Part shown: one piece after another, positions 45,749-54,239 of the stretch
Numbering within the stretch: the first letter of the stretch is position 1
Layout of the letters: every line of letters starts with the position of its first letter
Source: a virus
Taxonomy: Duplodnaviria; Caudoviricetes
DNA: 64,000 bases
Direction: 5' to 3' (one strand)
IMG/VR virus record: IMGVR_UViG_2974670102_000001
Location: 64,001 to 128,000 of that record
Made by a program: the position numbers and the translations under genes
The notes under the pieces: model-generated
Database searches by the model: none
What the model saw: the letters and a program-made list of their open reading frames with translations, nothing else
Told to the model about the DNA's origin: nothing

Positions 45749-47656
45749 TTATTTACTAGACTCCTTTTCGGCGCGTGCCCGGGCCAGAGCCTGAATTTCT
45801 GCGACCTGCGCGAGCGCCGTGTCCGCAGTCTCTGCATCACCTTTCTGCTTGGCACGTGTCGCCTTCACCCGCAACTTGTTGATCAGCGTCGACTCGTCCT
45901 TAGTGAGTTCAAGTTTCACGCGTTTCTTCGGAGCTTCGGCCTGCACGACCTCCCGCTGAGCCTGCTTGAATTTGTTGTAGTTCCACATCATGTACTCACC
46001 GCGATTGATCATGGCCTGATGCATGAGCGTCGGCGCATGGTTGTAGCGATGGTGCAGCTTTTCTGCCAGACCAAGTGTCGGGACGATGGCCAGCATCGGG
46101 CTCTCGCTGTCGTGATCACGAATGTTTCCACGACCTAGACACTGGATTGCGCGGTCCACCACATAGTCCTCGTCCGGATCGTAGCCCGGCGTACCATCCT
46201 CGTGAGGACGGCCCAACAGGAACTGAAGCAGTCGACCAAGTTGGGGCCACGGGTTGATGGCCGCGTGAAAGACCACGGCATTACAGCCCATGTACTTGTT
46301 GATACCGGGCGCGCGAGCGTGCGACATAAAGCGCATCATCTTGCGGTTGTACTCGTACTTTTCACGATGGCTCTCGTTGATGAAGAGCAGAGCCTTGTTC
46401 TCGCGTCCGTGTTTTGCGCGCCACTGGCGAAGTACGGACTCCGATTGATCAAGCAACCACTCCATGATGTCGATGTGTGCGTGCGCATTCTCCGTGATGT
46501 AACGCACGATGTCACGATCCTCCTGCTTCGTGTCACCGTAGAACTCGGGATCACGATGACGACCGACCGCACGCTGGATGTCAGTCGTGTTGAGGCCAGT
46601 ACGCTGCATCCAGTTCCCGAGTTTCGTGATCTGGTCCTTCGGCAGAATGAACCCGAAGTCGTACTGACGGATGGCGGGGACGCGAGAGTCACGGAGCAGC
46701 GGCACGATCACCAACTTCTCGTAGCGCCGGGCAATCCGCTCCATCGACGCCGTGTACCCAAGCTTCGTGTACTCGTTGAGGAACTGTCGGCTCACGTCGT
46801 TGAGGATCGCGTCTTCCCACTTCAGCAGGTGGTACATCTGCGAGTTCGTGAAGTCGGCGGCCATGATGTATACGTGCCGGAATCCGACGAACGGAAACGA
46901 GGGAAGCGAAATCTGAATCATCTTGCGCGCACTACCCTTACCCTCGAACAATCCATACGCACGCGTACGCGCAACACCGTCCTTCGTCGAGAGCGATGCG
47001 TGCAGATCGTCAAGCACAGCAAACTGCCGGGCCGCCGCCTTGCCGTTCAGCTTCGTGACCTTCTGGTTCTCTGGTATGTCGCGCGGGACCAGCGTACTGA
47101 TACCAGATGCCTCGTCCCCATCGAGTATAAGTGGATTGATGTCGAACAGGCGCTCCATGTAATTCTGGGTGTCGGCGTCCAGCTTGATCTTCTCCACGAT
47201 CTCGGCCCACTTACGGGCTTCATCGAAAATGACAGTGGTGTGCCGGAACATCGGGCTGGACTGTAGAGATAGGAAGCCTGCGTGGGTCATGAACAGAACG
47301 CACCCCGGGGTGAATGCGCGTGATTGCTTACCGTCGTTAGTGAATCCGTTCAGGATGTTAACGATTTGGTGCATGACGGATGTACTTGAATTGGCGCGCG
47401 CGTTATCACGCGAGTATGCGATACGAAGCATGAACCGCTCGCCCGGCGTGAGACCGGCCCGCAGTCGACGGTAAGTTTGACGAAGAAGCTGTCGAGAGGA
47501 CGCGACATAGAAAACGTAACGCGACTTACCACGCTCACCGTTGAGCCAAGTGCGGACGTGACGAGCCATGAACTCGCAAGCGGCCTCGGTCTTGCCGGTG
47601 CCGGGCGGTGCGTCCACGTAATTGATGATCAGCGGTGATTTCGATTCTTCCATCAT
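45749..47656 (-). CDS. SF2-type helicase-like protein, possible origin-binding protein
   Basis: Walker A DAPPGTGKT, TH motif, Walker B VIFDEA, QCLGRGNIR motif VI-like. Confidence 0.7.
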   Translation of the reverse strand: MMEESKSPLIINYVDAPPGTGKTEAACEFMARHVRTWLNGERGKSRYVFYVASSRQLLRQTYRRLRAGLTPGERFMLRIAYSRDNARANSSTSVMHQIVNILNGFTNDGKQSRAFTPGCVLFMTHAGFLSLQSSPMFRHTTVIFDEARKWAEIVEKIKLDADTQNYMERLFDINPLILDGDEASGISTLVPRDIPENQKVTKLNGKAAARQFAVLDDLHASLSTKDGVARTRAYGLFEGKGSARKMIQISLPSFPFVGFRHVYIMAADFTNSQMYHLLKWEDAILNDVSRQFLNEYTKLGYTASMERIARRYEKLVIVPLLRDSRVPAIRQYDFGFILPKDQITKLGNWMQRTGLNTTDIQRAVGRHRDPEFYGDTKQEDRDIVRYITENAHAHIDIMEWLLDQSESVLRQWRAKHGRENKALLFINESHREKYEYNRKMMRFMSHARAPGINKYMGCNAVVFHAAINPWPQLGRLLQFLLGRPHEDGTPGYDPDEDYVVDRAIQCLGRGNIRDHDSESPMLAIVPTLGLAEKLHHRYNHAPTLMHQAMINRGEYMMWNYNKFKQAQREVVQAEAPKKRVKLELTKDESTLINKLRVKATRAKQKGDAETADTALAQVAEIQALARARAEKESSK

Positions 47657-47659
47657 GGT

Positions 47660-48345
47660 CGGTCGGTCGTCGGTTCCTGTAATTGATCTTGGGGGTCACC
47701 TGTATGGGACCCATTGGTAATTTATTTACTGCACTCAGTTCATCACACGAGTGTAACAGTTTTTGGTTTCACGATCAAGCCCTCGACCACGAGTGGGCGC
47801 AGCCCCGAGTGGGCAGCGTGGAGCGCGAGCGACACGCATTCCCAAACCGTCAAGCATCCAAGCTGTTGAGCACGCTGAGGGTCAGGGGAGCATGGATCGC
47901 TGCGCTCTCCATGCGAACCGCGTGCTGCGCACGGGTTTTTCCTTCCTGAAGAGAAGAAAAGGCTATGTAATTGAAAAGTCATAGCATCCATATAGATAGT
48001 ACGGCCGGGGCAGACTTTCAATTACATGGATCGGGACCAAAACGAGCCAAAAATCGCAGTTTTTCGCTACTTTCCTGACTTTTGTCGATTTTTCACACTT
48101 TTCTTCATTAAAAACACGTGTAATCAGGGCTTGACAGCGGCCGTATGTCCCATATACATTACGCGCACGCTATATCGCGCAATATGACGCGCGCCCAACA
48201 GGAGGATATGATGCACTATGACGAACATTACGCGCGTGCTGGCCGGTCGGCATAAGCTCGCAAGACCGATAAATAAAGGTCGCATCATGTTGACCCAGTT
48301 CGACGTTCCGTGTTAGCATCTGTTCATCACTGACAACCCGAGAGG
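47660..48345. other. AT-rich divergent intergenic region at the strand switch (candidate origin/control region)
   Basis: Largest gene-free gap; A/T tracts at 48045-48115; TTGACA-18-TACATT on + at 48131-48160. Confidence 0.5.
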
Positions 48346-48351
48346 TGCAAC

Positions 48352-48531
48352 ATGAAAAACAAACTGCAACGTCTTCCGTGTATCGTGTCGATCAAGAACG
48401 AGGGCAAGTACGCAACGCTCTCGCTCATCACTGGCAAAGACAAGTTCGAGGTCATGGTCGATCCGAAGGCGCTCGGTCAACTGCTGATGGGCACGAACCT
48501 GCTCACGTACACGCAACACACGAAAATCTAA
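48352..48531 (+). CDS. 59-aa hypothetical protein (not in ORF track)
   Basis: GAGGT RBS; MKNKLQRLPCIVSIKNEGKYATLSLITGKDKFEV... Confidence 0.7.
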   Translation: MKNKLQRLPCIVSIKNEGKYATLSLITGKDKFEVMVDPKALGQLLMGTNLLTYTQHTKI

Positions 48532-48543
48532 GGAGGTGGCTCA

Positions 48544-49065
48544 ATGGCTACGAAAACTGGTTCGCGCTCTGCACTCCTGCCGTCCGTGACGCAGACACCG
48601 GCTCCCAAGAAGCCGAAGTTGAGGACCCCGGTCTACGTCGACCGCGAGAACCGCGTGCTCACCGTCGACTCGCGCGTCAAGACCTACCTGCGTCCGCTGT
48701 CCAAAGGCATCAGCGAAAAGGGCACGGTCGTCGCCATCGACGAGCGCGGTCTCTCGGTCAAGATCGACGGCGTGCGTGAGGTTCGCGAGTACACGGTCGA
48801 GGAAGCGGCCGAGAAGCTGATCTTCACGGGCATGAAAAAGAAGAAAGTTCGTTACGCGGAAGATTGCTCGACCGACGAGCGTGCCCGGGCATCCGTCGAG
48901 ATCGGGCGCTCCGGAATTCTGGTCGATCTGTATCTCGACGACCGGTCTGTGACGATTAATATCGAGCCTGAGCACGTTATGCGCGCGCTCGAAGGTCGTC
49001 CCCTAGGCGGGGTGATCCCGCAAGCACGCGCTCGTGTTCGCACCTACTCGGCGGTCTCGGAATGA
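48544..49065 (+). CDS. hypothetical protein
   Basis: AAGGAGGT RBS. Confidence 0.8.
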   Translation: MATKTGSRSALLPSVTQTPAPKKPKLRTPVYVDRENRVLTVDSRVKTYLRPLSKGISEKGTVVAIDERGLSVKIDGVREVREYTVEEAAEKLIFTGMKKKKVRYAEDCSTDERARASVEIGRSGILVDLYLDDRSVTINIEPEHVMRALEGRPLGGVIPQARARVRTYSAVSE

Positions 49066-49412
49066 GCACGCGTAGCAACAAGAAGATGAGTCGTGGCCTC
49101 AACGGGGAAGTAATCGATCACAAGCGTTACATCAAGACTTACCGCTATCAGGTGATGCGGGTCATTCGCGACATCGAGAACGGGAGCGTGAACGAAGAGG
49201 ACATGGCAAAGCTTCGCAACTTTTGTCAAATGTCGATCACGTTGATGGAACACGCGCCGATTTCGCAAATTCAGGCAGCGTGGCGCGACACCGAGATCAT
49301 GGCGTTCGCGCACGATGCAGTTGACGACGTGCAGGACACCGGTGTAGTATTGCGCGGTCCCGATCAACCGGCTCGGTCAGGCTGCATCCCCGAGTCCTTT
49401 CGCAAGGAGTGA
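49062..49412 (+). CDS. hypothetical protein
   Basis: ATGA coupled. Confidence 0.7.
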   Translation: MSTRSNKKMSRGLNGEVIDHKRYIKTYRYQVMRVIRDIENGSVNEEDMAKLRNFCQMSITLMEHAPISQIQAAWRDTEIMAFAHDAVDDVQDTGVVLRGPDQPARSGCIPESFRKE

Positions 49413-49738
49413 ACATGGAGAACGAACAACGCGTTGAGTTTGTCGAAGACTGGGCATCGGTGCTTCCCGAGCGCATTCGCAACCATAACAAGGACACCAT
49501 CGATAAAATCTCGATGGTGCTCGACGACGACAGTGTGTATGCGAAGCTGCACATTCCGATGAAGGAAGGTGAGTACGTGCAGGAGGTGGATGTCACGCAC
49601 CTGCATCCCGAACTTCGTGCGCGTCTCGCGCTCTCCCTGTTTCGTGACGCACTGGAACTCACGCGCAAGGCCCGACGTGAAGGCCGCCGTCAAGTCCGCA
49701 AGCTCATCAACGAAGCACTCAACCCCATGTACGACTAA
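49409..49738 (+). CDS. hypothetical protein
   Basis: AAGGAG RBS (true start may be 49415). Confidence 0.7.
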   Translation: MNMENEQRVEFVEDWASVLPERIRNHNKDTIDKISMVLDDDSVYAKLHIPMKEGEYVQEVDVTHLHPELRARLALSLFRDALELTRKARREGRRQVRKLINEALNPMYD

Positions 49739-49749
49739 GGCAGGAAACC

Positions 49750-49896
49750 ATGGAAGATCAACCCATCAAACTCACGGAAGCTGAGACCGAACGCTTCCTC
49801 GAAACACTGAAATCGCCGCCCCCGCCGAACGCGGCACTCGTCGAGGCGATGCGCAAATACCGGGAACAGGAGGAAGCAAGTGGCCGAAATCAATAA
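49750..49896 (+). CDS. 48-aa stand-alone DUF1778 (AtaR/TacA/KacA) antitoxin C-terminal-like peptide (not in ORF track)
   Basis: CAGGA RBS; MEDQPIKLTEAETERFLETLKSPPPPNAALVEAMRKYREQEEASGRNQ. Confidence 0.7.
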   Translation: MEDQPIKLTEAETERFLETLKSPPPPNAALVEAMRKYREQEEASGRNQ

Positions 49897-50125
49897 CGAC
49901 CGCTACATGATCTATCAGGACAGCGACACGGACTACTGGCTCGCGTACATAAAGCTGGGCCCGGACCCGGGCATCACGGTCAACGTCACGCACGTGCCTG
50001 AGCCCAATCGCGAGACCTTCGTGAAGCTGCTGCGTGATCAGATCATCCGGGCCGCAGAATCCGCGTTCAAGCGCGGGTCCTATGACGCAAAACTTGGAGT
50101 GCGTATGGCGCTCCGACTCGACTAA
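49880..50125 (+). CDS. hypothetical protein
   Basis: CAGGAGG RBS, GTG start. Confidence 0.7.
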   Translation: MAEINNDRYMIYQDSDTDYWLAYIKLGPDPGITVNVTHVPEPNRETFVKLLRDQIIRAAESAFKRGSYDAKLGVRMALRLD

Positions 50126-50134
50126 GGAGGACGC

Positions 50135-50413
50135 ATGAAAAAGTTTATCGCACTGGCGGTCGTCGCCGTCACCCTCGCTGGGTGCGGCCCGGAGCCCGAC
50201 ACCCCGCTCGGCGGTGTCCAATACACAGAAGGTCGCTTCCAAGTCGCACGCGTCGGCGTCTTCCGCGACGAACTCGCGTACGGTGACAAGCGCGGCATCT
50301 ACACGTTCGTCGACACGAAGACAGGCAAGGAGTACGTCGGTGTCTCGGGCATCGGCATCGCGGAGACGGGTTCGCACTCCAGCGGCAAGACCCAGACGCA
50401 GGACGAGCGATGA
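50135..50413 (+). CDS. lipoprotein
   Basis: MKK + hydrophobic core + lipobox LAGC. Confidence 0.8.
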   Translation: MKKFIALAVVAVTLAGCGPEPDTPLGGVQYTEGRFQVARVGVFRDELAYGDKRGIYTFVDTKTGKEYVGVSGIGIAETGSHSSGKTQTQDER

Positions 50414-50634
50414 GCGCTACTCCACTCTTTCTCGACGACGCTCCGCACCTGACGCCACTCGGTTTCGCAAATCGTCTCTACGTCGATAGCGTCCAGCACT
50501 CGATGCTGCGCCTGAATCGCGAGCGTACTGCCTACCATGATATGCCCGTCTACGGTGTGGATGAGGTTCAGAAACTTCTGCGCTACGCACAGGAAATGCG
50601 TGATCTGGCGGACCGTTTGCAGAGTGGGCGCTGA
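50410..50634 (+). CDS. hypothetical protein
   Basis: Coupled ORF. Confidence 0.6.
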   Translation: MSATPLFLDDAPHLTPLGFANRLYVDSVQHSMLRLNRERTAYHDMPVYGVDEVQKLLRYAQEMRDLADRLQSGR

Positions 50635-51071
50635 TGCCGATCTACAGAGAAGGTATCGATCTTGACCAGTATGTCTCGACTTGGGACGAACCGGACAGCG
50701 TTGAGGGTTTAGGCTACTGCTACCGATACACGGACGTGAAGTACAGTCCGGGTGTAGACGAGTGGGATGATCCGCTTCCACGCTCGCCCGGGACCCACTT
50801 GGGCATTCACGTGCACGAATACAAGGTGCTGCGTGAAACCAAGTGCGGCTTCTGGTTCTACGACACTTACGAGGGCCGTGAGCGCTTCATCAACAACTCG
50901 TGGACCAAGAAGCATGCGCTCCGTTCGAAGGAAGCGGCACGCGATTCGTATATCGCGCGCAAGGAAAAGCAGATCACGCTGCTCAAGCGTCAGATAATCG
51001 ACGCCGAAGAGTTCTTGCGCATGGCCCGTGACCAACAAGCGCGCGGCGTCGCCCAATCTATCTGGAGGTAA
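50634..51071 (+). CDS. hypothetical protein
   Basis: Coupled ORF. Confidence 0.7.
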   Translation: MPIYREGIDLDQYVSTWDEPDSVEGLGYCYRYTDVKYSPGVDEWDDPLPRSPGTHLGIHVHEYKVLRETKCGFWFYDTYEGRERFINNSWTKKHALRSKEAARDSYIARKEKQITLLKRQIIDAEEFLRMARDQQARGVAQSIWR

Positions 51072-51072
51072 C

Positions 51073-51483
51073 ATGGGTCTGGAATACTACGCACTGAACC
51101 ACGCACGCGCCGAAGCCGTGTCGTTGGGTCGCCTCGGCTTTCGCTTCGACGCGTTGCTGAACGTGACGGACCAAGCGGAGTTCGAGCGTGCGTGTTTCGA
51201 ATCGCTGGTCGCGTCCGGTTTCGACTATGCACGCGCTGCCGAGTTCGCACACGACTTCTACGATTTCGGGGCCGACGAAATATGGAACGACGGACAGGAC
51301 GTGTACGAATATTTCTCGTGCTACCGCGTGGTCGACGCGCTCGACCACGAAGAGATCGGGAGCAAGCTCGGTGACTACTTCGTGCGGTCCGGTATGCTTC
51401 CGGTCGAGGCCCTGAGTCTGCGTCACCCGCGCGTGCAGATTGTGCTGGGCCGAGCCAAGATCACGCAACCCAATTTGAATTGA
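51073..51483 (+). CDS. hypothetical protein
   Basis: GGAGGT RBS before MGLEYY. Confidence 0.7.
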   Translation: MGLEYYALNHARAEAVSLGRLGFRFDALLNVTDQAEFERACFESLVASGFDYARAAEFAHDFYDFGADEIWNDGQDVYEYFSCYRVVDALDHEEIGSKLGDYFVRSGMLPVEALSLRHPRVQIVLGRAKITQPNLN

Positions 51484-51487
51484 CCTG

Positions 51488-51516
51488 TTGACGGTGTAGT
51501 AAAGACAGCGTATAGT
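51488..51516 (+). promoter_or_regulatory. tRNA-array promoter: sigma70-type with embedded GTAGTAAAG motif
   Basis: TTGACG-GTGTAGTAAAGACAGCG-TATAGT, 9 nt before first tRNA. Confidence 0.7.
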
Positions 51517-51525
51517 TCAGGACTC

Positions 51526-51602
51526 GGGCGGTTAGCTCAGGGGTTAGCAGCGTTCGGCTCATAACCGAGGGGTCGCGGGTTCGAATCCCGCACCGCCCAC
51601 CA
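51526..51602 (+). tRNA. tRNA with CAT anticodon (Ile2-like or elongator Met)
   Basis: GGGCGGT/ACCGCCC acceptor, loop CTCATAA, GTTCGAATC, encoded CCA. Confidence 0.9.
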
Positions 51603-51658
51603 CACAGAATAGGAGGCAATCATGAGTAGATTCTAGTGAACCAACTGGAGGTGTTCTC

Positions 51659-51946
51659 ATGAAAGCAAAAGCGTTTTACCATCGTGTTTGTAACTACGGC
51701 CCGGGCGGCTACCACTGCCCGTGCTGTGGTCCCGCACCGAGCATGCGTCGTAAGGAGCGTCAGCAACAACGACGCAAGTTCCATCGACTGCTTGACGTTC
51801 TGGACAAGTTTGACACCGAAGTCGAAATCGAATACGACAACCTCGTGCTCAACGATTTCGACGACGAGCGTCACGACTACTACAACGGCTGGGGCGGTGA
51901 TCCCAGCCTGCACGATGAGTGGAAGGATTGGAAGAAGGCAGCTTGA
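51659..51946 (+). CDS. small protein with GPGGxxCxCC motif, Arg-rich then acidic
   Basis: GGAGGT RBS; YGPGGYHCPCCGP. Confidence 0.75.
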   Translation: MKAKAFYHRVCNYGPGGYHCPCCGPAPSMRRKERQQQRRKFHRLLDVLDKFDTEVEIEYDNLVLNDFDDERHDYYNGWGGDPSLHDEWKDWKKAA

Positions 51947-52010
51947 CCGTACTGCACCGCAAAGCCTTAGATGCGGTGTGCCGCGAGAACGTGAGCGGTG
52001 CAGTGCACCT

Positions 52011-52096
52011 GCCCGGGTGGCGGAATTGCTAGACGCGACGGACTCAAAATCCGTTGGCCCTAGGCCGTGTGGGTTGGAGTCCCACCCCGGGCACCA
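52011..52096 (+). tRNA. tRNA-Leu(CAA)
   Basis: GCCCGGG acceptor, ACGGA-CTCAAAA-TCCGT, long variable arm, CCA; atypical T-loop TTGGAGT. Confidence 0.88.
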
Positions 52097-52098
52097 TC

Positions 52099-52137
52099 GC
52101 GAGGGTGGCGAAATTGGTAGACGTGGCGAAATTGGTA
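52099..52137 (+). pseudogene. 5' half of a split tRNA-Leu with 15-bp D-arm duplication
   Basis: GCGAGGGTGGCGAAATTGGTAGAC then GTGGCGAAATTGGTA repeated. Confidence 0.8.
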
Positions 52138-52177
52138 ATCCCCAATTTTATTTCAGTAACCAACGTGGAGAAGATTC

Positions 52178-52888
52178 ATGCTAGAACTGAAAAACGACAT
52201 GCCGATTTTGGCCAAGAAGTTGTCCGGTGTGTATGGTCACGAGATTCGTATCATCGGGCCGTACGTGGACAAGAGAAACGGGCGTAAGCTCGTGGACATA
52301 AAGGGTGCGCCCCGTTCCTCGGGAATTAACAAAACCGTGCAGCTTGCACGTGCGCGCCTAGAAGTAAAGCTTGGTCGACGCCTTGTCGATGACGAGACTG
52401 TCGACCACAAGAACAACGATTGCACGGATGACCGTCCGAGCAATCTTCAGTTGCTGACGCACGCAGAGAACTCGGCAAAGCAGACGAAGGAAACGCGTAG
52501 TCGCTCGGCTGAAGCGTCTCGCACCGCCGAGGCGCGTTCCGCTAACAGCAAACGCAATACAGGTGAGAAGAATCAAGCTGCCGTCCTTACCGATACTGAA
52601 GTGAAAAGGTTTCGCACACTTTTCAGTAAGGGTAAAATGACGGTCAAGCAAATCGAAGATGCGTCGGAGTTGACAAATCGTTCGGTTCGTAATATGCTTG
52701 ACGGCCTGTCGTACAAAACGGCAGGCGGACCGCTCCGCATAGCAGGCTCTGTTGGTCGCGCATCCTCGTTGTCAGAGAAGCACAGGCAGTACATAGCGAA
52801 TCACGCAGAACTGTCAGCCGCGCAGATTGCAGAAGAACTTGACGTGAGTAGGTATGCAGTGATACGATACCGACGCACGCTTAACTAA
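52178..52888 (+). CDS. HNH homing endonuclease with C-terminal HTH modules
   Basis: ARARLEVKLGRRL...VDHKNNDCTDDRPSNLQLLTHAEN. Confidence 0.88.
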   Translation: MLELKNDMPILAKKLSGVYGHEIRIIGPYVDKRNGRKLVDIKGAPRSSGINKTVQLARARLEVKLGRRLVDDETVDHKNNDCTDDRPSNLQLLTHAENSAKQTKETRSRSAEASRTAEARSANSKRNTGEKNQAAVLTDTEVKRFRTLFSKGKMTVKQIEDASELTNRSVRNMLDGLSYKTAGGPLRIAGSVGRASSLSEKHRQYIANHAELSAAQIAEELDVSRYAVIRYRRTLN

Positions 52889-52889
52889 C

Positions 52890-52976
52890 GGGAGTGTGCT
52901 GGAATTGGTAGACGGAACGGATTTAGATTCCGTAGGCCGCAAGGTCGTGTGGGTTCGAATCCCATCACTCCCACCA
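52890..52976 (+). tRNA. tRNA-Leu(TAG)
   Basis: GGGAGTG/CACTCCC, ACGGA-TTTAGAT-TCCGT, long variable arm, CCA. Confidence 0.92.
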
Positions 52977-53006
52977 CTACACGAAATTTTAGTTAAAGGT
53001 ATTTAA

Positions 53007-53246
53007 GTGCCGCCAAGCATCGAACAGGTAAAACTTATACTCAGATCAGCAGCATTGTCTCCGAGCAGCAGTCAGTTGTCTATTTCTGGCTTTGACGATA
53101 TCATGAAGGCAGCAGAGGAAGCCTATTGTGGAGATAGCCGAGCCATGCTCACAAACGTCCGGGAAATTGCCTTGCAGTTTCCGGACAATACGATGATGAT
53201 GACGATTTTGGCGCTGTATTCTGAATCCATGCTGAGTATGCATTAA
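53007..53246 (+). CDS. hypothetical protein inside the split-tRNA insertion
   Basis: 79-aa ORF, lower GC than flanks. Confidence 0.5.
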   Translation: MPPSIEQVKLILRSAALSPSSSQLSISGFDDIMKAAEEAYCGDSRAMLTNVREIALQFPDNTMMMTILALYSESMLSMH

Positions 53247-53260
53247 GCGCAATCCCCACA

Positions 53261-53310
53261 GTCCTGCCGGTCGAAAGGCCGTGAGGGTTCGAATCCCTTT
53301 CCTCGCACCA
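53261..53310 (+). pseudogene. 3' half of the split tRNA-Leu
   Basis: Long variable arm GGTC-GAAA-GGCC, GAGGG-TTCGAAT-CCCTT, TCCTCGC-A-CCA pairs with GCGAGGG at 52099. Confidence 0.85.
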
Positions 53311-53404
53311 CTTTGGATTGTAGGCGTAAATCGAGCGGGACTTCCCCACCCACTCGATTAGGTATGGTACACCTTATAGACCGTCGCCTACAATCCAAAG
53401 TGGT
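53307..53404 (+). ncRNA. candidate structured RNA closed by a perfect 20-bp stem
   Basis: ACCACTTTGGATTGTAGGCG / CGCCTACAATCCAAAGTGGT with two internal hairpins. Confidence 0.55.
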
Positions 53405-53477
53405 TGTGGTAAAGATGTAGTGTGCTTTGCCTTTGAAGCGCGGGCGCTGTGGTTCTCAGGCCACGACAGCGCCCAAC

Positions 53478-53553
53478 GCCGGTTTAGCTCAGTTGGTAGA
53501 GCAGCGCCCTTGTAAAGCGCAGGTCACGGGTTCGAGCCCTGTAACCGGCACCA
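53478..53553 (+). tRNA. tRNA-Thr(TGT)
   Basis: GCCGGTT/AACCGGC, loop CTTGTAA, CCA; C-A mismatch at the base of the anticodon stem. Confidence 0.9.
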
Positions 53554-53574
53554 CTAAACAATAACAACGAGGTT

Positions 53575-53916
53575 GTGATGAATACGCATGAGGCTTACGA
53601 GATCGTCGATAGACTGACGCCGGTATCGGTCAGGAACCTCGAAGACGCGTACGTACGGTTCATGGAAATGGCGCTTCTGGTCGATCCACACCCGGAGACT
53701 GAAGACCGGGCCACACGGGATCGTGAGACATACACTGAATTCCTGCTACCGCCCGACGAGAACGGCAATCCCGTGATTTCGGTCCCGGGCATGCACCAGT
53801 TTCTGTCCAAGATCACGGGCCATCCACTACAAACCTGCGTAGCCTTCGACTATGTTGACTTCCATCGCGTGCACGGCACGACGGTAGAGGACGCGGAACT
53901 CGCTGGCTACGTTTAA
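53575..53916 (+). CDS. hypothetical protein
   Basis: GAGG RBS. Confidence 0.7.
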   Translation: MMNTHEAYEIVDRLTPVSVRNLEDAYVRFMEMALLVDPHPETEDRATRDRETYTEFLLPPDENGNPVISVPGMHQFLSKITGHPLQTCVAFDYVDFHRVHGTTVEDAELAGYV

Positions 53917-53925
53917 GGACGGACC

Positions 53926-54138
53926 ATGGAAGAAGACGCATACAGGTTCAGTGTGGCAGCGCTCAAAAGCGAGTACGACGCTGAACTGCTCGAACTGCGC
54001 AAGACAGTGCTTGAAGGTCGCGGTGACGTTGCTGGGTTTATCAAACTCAAGGAGTCGCTTGACTCAAGGCTGAAGGACCGCGTTAGCGCGGTTACTGGCG
54101 CACGCAGTCAAACACAGAACAAGTTGCTGTACAACTGA
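53926..54138 (+). CDS. hypothetical protein
   Basis: AAGGA RBS. Confidence 0.65.
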   Translation: MEEDAYRFSVAALKSEYDAELLELRKTVLEGRGDVAGFIKLKESLDSRLKDRVSAVTGARSQTQNKLLYN

Positions 54139-54144
54139 ACAAGA

Positions 54145-54221
54145 CTCCGCTTAGCTCAGCCCGGTAGAGTACGTGATTTGGGATCACGGGGTCGCAGGTT
54201 CAAATCCTGTAGCGGAGACCA
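54145..54221 (+). tRNA. tRNA-Pro(TGG)
   Basis: CTCCGCT/AGCGGAG, CGTGA-TTTGGGA-TCACG, CCA. Confidence 0.92.
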
Positions 54222-54239
54222 CACAACATAGGAGGTGTC

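Noticed and set aside
51622-51636. 4-codon minigene MSRF after an AGGAGG RBS
   Set aside because: Too short to support; may be the eroded start of a lost gene.
52124-53260. Group I intron in tRNA-Leu
   Set aside because: No P/Q/R/S core visible, the anticodon arm is deleted rather than interrupted, and a complete tRNA lies inside the insert.
53443-53476. SRP RNA-like hairpin (contains TCAGG...CAGC)
   Set aside because: Too short and lacks the GNRA-capped domain IV consensus.
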